NCBI GenBank assembly: GCA_900770925.1
Contig: CAAGLY010000002.1
Coordinates: forward strand, 18,942 to 82,941
DNA: 64,000 nt
Source of the DNA: Bacilli bacterium
GTDB taxonomy: Bacteria; Bacillota_I; Bacilli_A; RFN20; CAG-288
Direction: 5' to 3'
Part shown: positions 18,098 to 26,605 of the stretch, piece by piece
Layout: the number at the start of each line of letters is the position of its first letter
Numbering within the stretch: position 1 is the stretch's first letter
Notes under the pieces: generated by a model
Databases searched by the model: none
Told to the model about the DNA's origin: nothing
Seen by the model: the letters and a program-made list of their open reading frames with translations, nothing else
Position numbers and translations under genes: made by a program

Positions 18098-19306
18098 ATG
18101 AATGCTAAAGAATATATTATTTCTCATCTTCATGATACGCTACGAAAAAAGGGACGTCAGGAAGGCGCTAGGAGCCTGCCGTATTCCTACACCGCTCCTT
18201 GTGCAAATGGATTGTTTGATGATCTGTACTATTGGGATACTTATTTTTTTAACAAGGCACTTCTTCTCGAAGGAGAAGAACAGAGGGTTCGTGATAATAT
18301 TCTTGACTTCTGTTTCCTTATTGAACAATACGGCTTTATTCCGAATTCGGCTAATTTCGGAATGGTGAATCGCACTCAGGTGCCCTATTTTATCTTGATG
18401 TGCGATGAGTATCTTTCAAAGTATCCAAGCGTAGCAAGGCAGAAGAGGCTTTTCCCTTACAGGAAAAAAGAATATGAGTTCTGGATGGCAAATCGTCTCC
18501 TTCCCTGTGGGCTAAACCATTATTCCGGACATGCCGATGACCATTTTCTTGAAGAATTTTCTAAGGTATTTACGCAGCGGGTTCATACCCTCAGCCATCC
18601 GGAATTTGATTTGAAAACAATCGGGCATAATGCAATTGCGGAATGTGAATCAGGATGGGATTTCTCTTCCCGTTTTGATCAGCGCTGTGTTGATTTCGCC
18701 CCTGTTGATTTAAATGCCCTTCTTTATATCAATGAAGGAATCCTTGCCAAATACTCCAATAGTCCAACAGAAAAGGAGCAATACCTTTTTGCACAGAAAA
18801 AACGCAAGGAAAACAGGATGAAGTATAGGTATAAGGATGGTCTTTTCTTTGATTATGATACAAAGAATAAAAAGACATCCTCTTTCTATCATTGTGGAAT
18901 GTTCTATCCGTTCCTTGCTGACTTTACCTTTGATAAAAATGCTTTTGAGAAACTATGTTCTAAGTTGATCTATCCAAAAGGAATTGCAGCTTCAGAGAAG
19001 ATAGACAATACTCACAATTACCAGTGGGGATTTCCGAACAGGTGGCCGAATCTTGCAATGGTTTCTTTCTTTTCCTGCCTAAACGTCAAGGAAAACGAGC
19101 TTGCTAAGGAAATTGGACTGAAATACCTTTCGACTGTAGAAGAAGCCTATTTGGAAACAGGATGCCTTTGGGAAAAATATGATGTTCTCTTTGGCGGAAA
19201 GAGCCGGAAAAACGAATATCAGGATACGGAGAGGATGGGATGGACGGCAGGTACCTATCTTGTTTTGGAGAGCGAATGCCGTAGAAGAGGGTGGATTCAT
19301 GAATAA
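18098..19306 (+). CDS. glycoside hydrolase, trehalase-like (GH37 or clan GH-G fold)
   Basis: One motif resembles trehalase signature 1 (GLFDDLYYWDTYFF, compared with GGRFxExYYWDSY). Another resembles signature 2 (YQWGFPNRWPNL, compared with QWDYPNAWPP). Confidence 0.5.
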   Translation: MNAKEYIISHLHDTLRKKGRQEGARSLPYSYTAPCANGLFDDLYYWDTYFFNKALLLEGEEQRVRDNILDFCFLIEQYGFIPNSANFGMVNRTQVPYFILMCDEYLSKYPSVARQKRLFPYRKKEYEFWMANRLLPCGLNHYSGHADDHFLEEFSKVFTQRVHTLSHPEFDLKTIGHNAIAECESGWDFSSRFDQRCVDFAPVDLNALLYINEGILAKYSNSPTEKEQYLFAQKKRKENRMKYRYKDGLFFDYDTKNKKTSSFYHCGMFYPFLADFTFDKNAFEKLCSKLIYPKGIAASEKIDNTHNYQWGFPNRWPNLAMVSFFSCLNVKENELAKEIGLKYLSTVEEAYLETGCLWEKYDVLFGGKSRKNEYQDTERMGWTAGTYLVLESECRRRGWIHE

Positions 19307-21245
19307 AAGGGAACATTTGACTTCTTTTGGTTCCTGGGATATTAAGGATAGCAAAGGCAATTTATATCGCTGCAGTGATGGACCGAACGGAATTCGTGAG
19401 GTCATAAAAGAACAGAACGGATATCAGATTGCTAAGGAAAGCGATGCCTATCCCACCTTATCTTTTCTGGGAAACACATTTGATGAGGAAATTGTCGAAA
19501 AAATCGGATATTGTCTTGGCCAGGAATGCCGGGAAAAAGGGATTTCTCTCCTTTTAGGACCGGGAGTCAATATTAAACGGACTCCTCTTTGCGGTAGAAA
19601 CTTTGAATATTTTTCTGAAGATCCTTATCTTTCCGGCCGGCTCGGGTATTCCTATATCCAGGGAGTACAAAGACATCATGTCGGTTGTGCTTTGAAGCAT
19701 TTTTCCTGTAATAATCGGGAGTATGATCGCTTTTTTCAGAGCAGCGAAGTGGATGAACGGACACTTCACGAAATCTACTTCCGTCCGTTTGAAATCGCTC
19801 TGAAAGCCCATCCCTATGCTTTGATGTGTTCCTATAATCCGGTGAACGGAATTCTTGCCAGTGAGAATTCCTATCTTCTGAAAGAGGTTCTTCGACAGGA
19901 GTTTTCCTACCAAGGACTTATTATTTCGGATTGGGGAGCTGTCCGAAATCGGGCGATTTCCCTGAAAGCAGGAATTGATGTAGCCTTTCCTTACAATCCT
20001 TCTTTTTCTAGTCAGCTGGAAGAAGGATATCGGGATGGATATCTTTCAGACAAGGAGATTGACGCTTCCTTGAATCGGATTGATCATTTTGCAGATCAAG
20101 TAAACAGGAATGAACCGACAGAAAAAGCGAATCAATATCAGGTCATGAAAGAAGCATGTCTTTCTGGAATCGTTCTTCTGAAGAACGAGGAAGGGATTCT
20201 CCCTTTATCTCCGCTGAAGAAGAATATTCTTCTTTTGGGGTCCATACTGGATCAACCGATTCTTGGTGGCGGCGGTTCTTCTCAGATTACTCCCAAGAAT
20301 GAAGTAAAAAGCTTATTGAATGCTCTAACAGATATTGATCAAAGCCATAACTATTCCTACGAACAGGCTTATAGGATGCGTTATTCCTTGGTAACTCCTT
20401 TTGGATTTAAGATTGCTAGGGAAAAGGCGTATTCTGCTGATGTGGTTATCCTTGGAGTGGCAGATACGATTCTCGAGGAAAAAGAAGAGACCGATCGGAC
20501 AAGCTTATCTCTTGACCAGGCCTATCTTGATCTGATTGATAAAGTAGCAAGAATCAATCCGAATATTGTCTTAGTCGTTCAGTCCGGGTCTGCGGTTGAT
20601 CTTTCCGTTGTTCAGAGCAAAGTAAAAGCAATCCTTCAAATTGGCTATGCTGGTGAAAGGATTTATCCGGCACTTGCTGAAATTCTTCTTGGCAAAGTAT
20701 CACCGAGCGGACGTCTAGCGGAATCCTATCCTCTTTCTTTAGAAGACACCTACACGAAAGGAAAGGTTGGGAATTCCTTCAGGGAACGTTATACAGATGG
20801 AGTATTTGTCGGATATCGTTATTATTGCAGTGAAGAAATTCCGGTTCTGTATCCGTTTGGATACGGACTTTCCTATCTAAATGTCTGTTATTTATCTCTT
20901 GAGGTAAATGATAACTATCAAGTCAAAGTGCTAATCCGTAATGATTCGGATAGGCCAGGAAAAGAAGTTGTCCAGCTTTATATCCGGGAAGTCTTTCCGT
21001 CTGTTTCCCGCCCTATTCGTGAATTGAAGGCCTTTAAAAAAGTAAGTATACTTCCACATGAAACAAAAGAAGTCGTCTTTTCTCTCTCTAAAGAAGATTT
21101 CATGTACTATTCTGTGAATCTTCATCGTTATTATCTTGAACCAGGAAGTTATGAGATTCAGATTGGCCGCAATGCCAACGATATTGTTCTGAGTAAGAAA
21201 ATCAATATTCAGGTAGCAAAATGGGAAGGATATTCAAGATATTAA
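19299..21245 (+). CDS. glycoside hydrolase family 3 (beta-glucosidase or beta-N-acetylhexosaminidase)
   Basis: The N-terminal GH3 signature reads LLGPGVNIKRTPLCGRNFEYFSEDPYL. The catalytic-Asp region reads GLIISDWGAV. An RBS precedes the ATG at 19299. The track start at 19179 is upstream of that RBS. Confidence 0.8.
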   Translation: MNKREHLTSFGSWDIKDSKGNLYRCSDGPNGIREVIKEQNGYQIAKESDAYPTLSFLGNTFDEEIVEKIGYCLGQECREKGISLLLGPGVNIKRTPLCGRNFEYFSEDPYLSGRLGYSYIQGVQRHHVGCALKHFSCNNREYDRFFQSSEVDERTLHEIYFRPFEIALKAHPYALMCSYNPVNGILASENSYLLKEVLRQEFSYQGLIISDWGAVRNRAISLKAGIDVAFPYNPSFSSQLEEGYRDGYLSDKEIDASLNRIDHFADQVNRNEPTEKANQYQVMKEACLSGIVLLKNEEGILPLSPLKKNILLLGSILDQPILGGGGSSQITPKNEVKSLLNALTDIDQSHNYSYEQAYRMRYSLVTPFGFKIAREKAYSADVVILGVADTILEEKEETDRTSLSLDQAYLDLIDKVARINPNIVLVVQSGSAVDLSVVQSKVKAILQIGYAGERIYPALAEILLGKVSPSGRLAESYPLSLEDTYTKGKVGNSFRERYTDGVFVGYRYYCSEEIPVLYPFGYGLSYLNVCYLSLEVNDNYQVKVLIRNDSDRPGKEVVQLYIREVFPSVSRPIRELKAFKKVSILPHETKEVVFSLSKEDFMYYSVNLHRYYLEPGSYEIQIGRNANDIVLSKKINIQVAKWEGYSRY

Positions 21246-21246
21246 T

Positions 21247-22749
21247 ATGACAATTGAGATACAGATTCGGCAAGGAGAATCCTATTATGGCCTGGCCTGT
21301 AATGAAGGCGTTCGTTTTCCGTTGACTCAATCCAGTAGCTATGAATTTGATCTGAGAACCTATCATAGCGGAAATCAGGCGAGTTCTGTTCTTCTTTCGA
21401 CAAGGGGAAAGTATATCTATAGTGACTATCCCTTCCATATCCTTGTGAAAAAAGGAATTAGGACACTCGAAGGAAAGGATATTCTGGTTAAGGAAAATGG
21501 AAAGACGCTGAAGTCCGCTCACCAAGGTCTGATCAGAGACTTTTTCCGTTCCGACCATCGCATTCCAGATGAGAGAAGGTTCACCAGGATTCAATACAAT
21601 ACCTGGATTGAAAGGGGATGGGATTGCACGGAAGAAAAAGTTCTCCAGTATGCATCATCGATTCTTGAACACGGCTATCCTGCCGGAATTCTTAGGATTG
21701 ATGACTGTTGGTGCAAGGACTATGGAGAATGGGACTTTGATCCTAGTAAGTTCAAAAACCCGGGAAAGAGGGTGGAGAAGCTTCATCAGAGGGGTTTCCT
21801 TGTCATGCTTTGGTGCTGTCCGTTTGTTTCTCCGGACAGTGCTCGGTTCCGTTCGCAGGAATCTCTCTTTTTCCGGAATAAAAAAGGAGACACCGGTATC
21901 TCTCATTGGTGGAATGGCTATTCTGCTGTCTATGACAGGACTCTTCCCGAAGCAAGAAGTGCGTTTCTAGCGTCGCTTTCTTTCCTTAAGGAAAAATACG
22001 GAATTGATGGCTTTAAGCTTGATGCCGGAGATCCGGAATATTATCCAGATGATTTTGAATTCCATGGAATCGAACGTTCAAGGCAGGCTAAGGAATATGC
22101 GGCTCTTGGTGAGAAATTTCCTCTTTCCGAACTCCGTGTTGCTTTTAATAATAATCTGAAAGGAGTTGCCCATCGTCTGAGAGATAAAAACCATTCCTGG
22201 AACGAGGATGGCATCAACACATTGATACCTGATGGAATCAGGGAAGGCTTGCTTGGTTATCCTTACTTCTGTCCAGATAGGATCGGAGGAGGTATGCTTT
22301 TAGATTTTACCAAACCGGATTTTGTGTTTTCACAGGACCTTTTTGTCCGCTATGCCCAGGCCGCTGCATATAGGCCTAGGAGGCAGTTTTCTCTTATGCC
22401 TTATAAAAAATTGGATGAAGAACATTTAGAGGCAGTAAAAAAAGCCGTAGATATCCATCTTAAAAATTCCGGCCTTATCGTTTCTTTAGCTAAACAGTCT
22501 AAAGAGACAGGAGAACCGATTGTAAAGCCTTTGAATTATTTTTACCCAGGTTCAGCATATGATTCGATTAAAGACGAATTCGTTTTGACGGAGGACTTTC
22601 TTGTTGCGCCAATGGTGCAGGAAGGAACAAGCAGAGAAGTGGTGATTCCCGATGGAATCTGGGTGGATGAAACCGGAAAACAATATTCGAAAGGAACATA
22701 TCAGATTGAAGTTCCGCTTAATCGTATCCCTGTTTTCCGTAAAAGGTAA
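21247..22749 (+). CDS. clan GH-D glycosidase (GH27/GH36-like alpha-galactosidase or alpha-N-acetylgalactosaminidase family)
   Basis: The GH27-type signature reads GILRIDDCWCKDYGEWDFDPSKF. The downstream motif GIDGFKLDAGD can be compared with GVDYLKYDNC. Confidence 0.5.
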   Translation: MTIEIQIRQGESYYGLACNEGVRFPLTQSSSYEFDLRTYHSGNQASSVLLSTRGKYIYSDYPFHILVKKGIRTLEGKDILVKENGKTLKSAHQGLIRDFFRSDHRIPDERRFTRIQYNTWIERGWDCTEEKVLQYASSILEHGYPAGILRIDDCWCKDYGEWDFDPSKFKNPGKRVEKLHQRGFLVMLWCCPFVSPDSARFRSQESLFFRNKKGDTGISHWWNGYSAVYDRTLPEARSAFLASLSFLKEKYGIDGFKLDAGDPEYYPDDFEFHGIERSRQAKEYAALGEKFPLSELRVAFNNNLKGVAHRLRDKNHSWNEDGINTLIPDGIREGLLGYPYFCPDRIGGGMLLDFTKPDFVFSQDLFVRYAQAAAYRPRRQFSLMPYKKLDEEHLEAVKKAVDIHLKNSGLIVSLAKQSKETGEPIVKPLNYFYPGSAYDSIKDEFVLTEDFLVAPMVQEGTSREVVIPDGIWVDETGKQYSKGTYQIEVPLNRIPVFRKR

Positions 22750-22827
22750 AAAAAGAGTATTGACCTATGTTTTTCACAATTTCATGTATGTAACCGGTTT
22801 CCTATAATGGAAATGGTGAGGTATGCC

Positions 22828-23919
22828 ATGGAAAATTATGAAAAGCTGACCATCGGAAAAAGATATCTGACAGGAAGGATTAATCTTGGCCTTGTTTTTC
22901 TTTTTACTCTTTTCCTCTATTTAGTGGGAGGAATCGGGATTGGAAAGAAAATGGTGGGCTTTGATCAGGAAGTCCTACACCAGAAGAAACTTACCGGCGA
23001 AATCTATAATCATAGGTATGATACCCACCTTTATTGCAAAGATAAAGATGGTAATGCAAGGGAAGTGGATGAAATTTTCAAAAACTATGTTCAGAACCAG
23101 CTTTCTGGGGAAATGAAAGATGCAGATGGCAGTTATCTTGATCCGCTTGCTTATTATTACATCAGCTTTGATAAATCTAGGTCAGTCAATGAATTCAATC
23201 ATCAGATTCTTCTTGTTGGAAACGAAGATTCGTTCTATGAAGCAAAGGATAGGGAAAGCCTAGGATATCTCAAACTTGAAGTGAAGGAAAAGCTGTCTTC
23301 TTATTTTGATGGAAAGATGACGGATTCGAACAAGAAAACATATAATTCATTTTCTGATTTTTTCTCGAAAGCCTGGTTCAATGCCGTAGAGAAAGAAAAG
23401 AAAGGACCAATCATCACTTCATTAGTGAATCAGTTCAATCAATCGGTCCTACTGCAGGGATTGGGTTTAGGAATACCGGCACTCTGCTCTTATCTGATTG
23501 TAAGGATTCTCTTTGAATTTATCCTGCCTCTTTCCTGCAAGCAGCGGACAAGGGGGAACCTTCTTCTTCATTCTGACATCCGAAGAAAAAGCGGCAATTT
23601 TCGCCCAGCTTGGTGGCAGACACTGATTCGGTTTCTTGTCAATCTTATTCTTGATTGCTATATTCCTTTCTATGTTCTTGCCCTTGTTACTGGTGTAGAG
23701 AACGCATGCAAGGTTCCTTTGCTGAAGATTGGTTCTTTCTCTCTCCCGCTAGCAACCGTAGGATTTACCCTTACGATTTTCGCTTTAATCAATCTTTTTG
23801 TCCTCTCTTTTAGTAAATCCCATCAATCTTATGCTGATCTGATAACGGCGACTTATCACGCAAAGCGTGTCGAAAATCAAACGGAGGAAAATACAGATGG
23901 CAGACGTAAAGCTCATTAA
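22828..23919 (+). CDS. hypothetical polytopic membrane protein
   Basis: There are several TM helices. An RBS (GGTGAGG) precedes the ATG at 22828. The ATGs at 22807 and 22813 sit inside or next to a TATAAT at 22801-22806. The 3' end overlaps the following ATPase gene. Confidence 0.4.
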   Translation: MENYEKLTIGKRYLTGRINLGLVFLFTLFLYLVGGIGIGKKMVGFDQEVLHQKKLTGEIYNHRYDTHLYCKDKDGNAREVDEIFKNYVQNQLSGEMKDADGSYLDPLAYYYISFDKSRSVNEFNHQILLVGNEDSFYEAKDRESLGYLKLEVKEKLSSYFDGKMTDSNKKTYNSFSDFFSKAWFNAVEKEKKGPIITSLVNQFNQSVLLQGLGLGIPALCSYLIVRILFEFILPLSCKQRTRGNLLLHSDIRRKSGNFRPAWWQTLIRFLVNLILDCYIPFYVLALVTGVENACKVPLLKIGSFSLPLATVGFTLTIFALINLFVLSFSKSHQSYADLITATYHAKRVENQTEENTDGRRKAH

Positions 23920-25435
23920 TGTCAATAAGATCTACGATAATAAGGTGCAGGCTGTCCATGACTTCAACTTGGATATTAAAGACAAGGAGTTCACGGTCTT
24001 TGTCGGTCCGTCCGGATGCGGAAAATCAACAACACTTCGAAGGATTGCCGGACTTGAGGAAATCACGACGGGTGAATTATATATTGACGGTGTTTTCTGT
24101 AATTATGTACCTCCAAAAGACAGAGGGATTGCAATGGTTTTCCAAACCTATGCCCTTTATCCCCATAGGACTGTCTTTGATAACAGGGCTTTTTCTCTGA
24201 AAATCAAGAAATTTCCTTTCCCGGTTTTTGAAGAGGAAGATAAAAACCGTCTTAAGGAAATCAACAGAAAGCTTGATGGGCTCTATGATGTTTTAGATAA
24301 AAAACTTCAGAAAAAGAAAAAACTGGAAGATATTAAGAACGAATATAACGAATATGTCCGTTTCGAAAAAAGCAAGAACAAGGAACCTAATCCATCCAAG
24401 AGGGATAAGTATGAGAAAAAACTTGCGGGCTTTTCCCAATTAGTTGAGGAATGCAATCACCTTCAGGATCAGATTGATCTTGTTCAGGATGAATTCAAAC
24501 AGGCTAAGACCAATGCAAAAATCTGCACCGCCATTGATAAGAAAAGAATCGCTCAGCTTTCCAAAGAGATTAGCAAGCTGAAAAAGAACAATAGCCCAGA
24601 GGATATTGTTTCCAGGAAAGAAGAACAGTTAAAAGAAGCACAGACGATTCCTAGTCCGGTATATAAACTCAAACATAGGAACAAAAATGAAATCAAGGAA
24701 CGGATTCATCAGGCCGCAAAGATCCTTGATATCGAGAATTATCTTGGACGAAAACCACGGGAACTTTCTGGCGGTCAGCGGCAACGTGTTGCCTTAGGAC
24801 GTGCAATTGTCCGCAATGCTAAAGTCTTCCTGATGGATGAACCTCTTTCCAATCTTGATGCAAAGCTCCGTGTTTCCAGGCGAAGCGAAATCATTAAGCT
24901 GCATAAGAAAATAAATGCGACGACGATTTATGTCACCCATGATCAGACAGAAGCAAGGACAAGGGCAGATAAAATCGTGGTCAGGAAAGACGGCTATATC
25001 CAGCAGGTCGGAACTCCAAAGGAAATCTATTCTCATCCGGTGAACAAATTTGTTGCCGGTTTTATCGGAGCTCCTGCAAGGAATTTTATCGAAGTTCTTT
25101 ATCAGGATGGAAAAATCATCCATGATGGTGGTGAAGAACAAGTTGATGCAGAAAGGATAGAAGCTTTAAAGGCTTATAACGGCAAGAAAGTCATCTTAGG
25201 TATTCGTCCGGAAGATATTCAGATTTCTTCGGACAAAGGAAGCTATCCGATCTCTATCGATGTTTCAGAACTTCTTGGCAGTGAACTTCTGATTCATTTC
25301 TCTTTCTGTGGAGCAAATCTGACAGCAAAGTGTGAAGCGGACTCCATTTCCCCCGAAGAGAAGACAGCATGGATAACTTTCAAACAGAATAAAATCCATT
25401 TCTTCGATAAAGAAACGGAAAAGACAATTCTTTAG
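23897..25435 (+). CDS. sugar ABC transporter ATP-binding protein (MsmK/MalK-like) with an insertion of about 150 aa in the helical subdomain
   Basis: The RBS is GGAGG, followed by ATG at 23897. Motifs present are Walker A (GPSGCGKST), the Q-loop, the LSGGQRQRVALGRA signature, Walker B (FLMDEPLSNLD) and a C-terminal MalK-like regulatory domain. Confidence 0.8.
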   Translation: MADVKLINVNKIYDNKVQAVHDFNLDIKDKEFTVFVGPSGCGKSTTLRRIAGLEEITTGELYIDGVFCNYVPPKDRGIAMVFQTYALYPHRTVFDNRAFSLKIKKFPFPVFEEEDKNRLKEINRKLDGLYDVLDKKLQKKKKLEDIKNEYNEYVRFEKSKNKEPNPSKRDKYEKKLAGFSQLVEECNHLQDQIDLVQDEFKQAKTNAKICTAIDKKRIAQLSKEISKLKKNNSPEDIVSRKEEQLKEAQTIPSPVYKLKHRNKNEIKERIHQAAKILDIENYLGRKPRELSGGQRQRVALGRAIVRNAKVFLMDEPLSNLDAKLRVSRRSEIIKLHKKINATTIYVTHDQTEARTRADKIVVRKDGYIQQVGTPKEIYSHPVNKFVAGFIGAPARNFIEVLYQDGKIIHDGGEEQVDAERIEALKAYNGKKVILGIRPEDIQISSDKGSYPISIDVSELLGSELLIHFSFCGANLTAKCEADSISPEEKTAWITFKQNKIHFFDKETEKTIL

Positions 25436-25485
25436 ATAGTTAGATAAAGCAAATTATTCTAGATGATAAAAAGTGCCTGTAAACC

Positions 25486-26310
25486 ATGAACCATAGACTA
25501 ATTCATCTTAATCAATTATATCCTTTGGATACTGACCCAGTGCTAGAAGTGTTTCAGCCTACTTATTTTGACTTTGAGAGGAAACAGCAGCCATTAACAA
25601 GAGCAATGGTTGTTCTTCCCGGCGGCGGCTATAGTTTCTGTTCACATCGTGAAGCTGATCCGATAGCCTGCCGGTTTGTTTCTGAGGGATATTGTTCCTT
25701 TGTCCTTTGGTATAGCACCGGCCGACAGTTCCCGACTCCGTATTTAGAGCTCTTTGCTTGCATTGATTATCTTCAGGAGCATGCAGCTGACTTGCATATC
25801 AATAAAGAAAAAATAGCAAGGATTGGTTTTTCGGCAGGTGGCCATCTTGCCGGAAGCTATTGTTCCCTTTGGGATGATGAGTCAAGGAAAGCCTATCTTG
25901 GAATTGAAAATCATCAGGTGCATGTCAATGCACTTGTTCTATCTTATCCGGTGATTACAAGGGATAAATGGACTCATCTTCCGACAAGGAAGGTTATTAC
26001 CGGGGGAGATCCATATCTTCGGGAAAAACTATCAATCGAGAAGCATATTACAAAAGACTATCCGCCTACATTTCTATGGGCTACGGAGGAAGACAATGTC
26101 GTTCCTGTCGTGAATTCTAAGAGGATGGATAGGGCTCTTAAAAAAGCATCGGTTGAACATTGCTGTATTCTTTATCCGCATCTAGGCCATGGGTTGTCTT
26201 TGGGGAAAAAATTTCTGAACTATGATATTAAGGGACATGAAAAAGACAGGGAGGAGGTTTCTTCCTGGTTTGATGAGTGCTTATTGTTTCTGGACCGGGT
26301 TCTTGATTGA
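25486..26310 (+). CDS. alpha/beta-hydrolase fold esterase (carbohydrate esterase-like)
   Basis: The oxyanion-hole region reads VVLPGGGY. The nucleophile elbow reads GFSAGGHLAG. Confidence 0.65.
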   Translation: MNHRLIHLNQLYPLDTDPVLEVFQPTYFDFERKQQPLTRAMVVLPGGGYSFCSHREADPIACRFVSEGYCSFVLWYSTGRQFPTPYLELFACIDYLQEHAADLHINKEKIARIGFSAGGHLAGSYCSLWDDESRKAYLGIENHQVHVNALVLSYPVITRDKWTHLPTRKVITGGDPYLREKLSIEKHITKDYPPTFLWATEEDNVVPVVNSKRMDRALKKASVEHCCILYPHLGHGLSLGKKFLNYDIKGHEKDREEVSSWFDECLLFLDRVLD

Positions 26311-26323
26311 AAAAATAGCAGAA

Positions 26324-26352
26324 AACGATGCTGACTTGTGCATCGTTTTTTC
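26324..26352 (+). terminator. Rho-independent terminator after the esterase gene
   Basis: The hairpin is ACGATGC-TGACTTGTG-CATCGT, followed by TTTTTTCT. Confidence 0.6.
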
Positions 26353-26605
26353 TGGATGTAATTACTAGATATATTTGAGGAAATTTTTCACTTTCTCTGC
26401 CTTTCTCAGAATTTGTTTCTGATAGTGCAGATAGAACATGCAAAGAAGCTTTTCAAGCAAAGGATATTAAAAAAAGTCAAATATCTCTTTACTAGTTCTT
26501 ATTCAATTTAACTACTAAAAATGATATATTAAACAAGGTTGAAGAAATAGTTTTTAAAATGCCTCTTTCTTCCTGTGTGATTCATCTGCTACAAAGGAGA
26601 TAACA

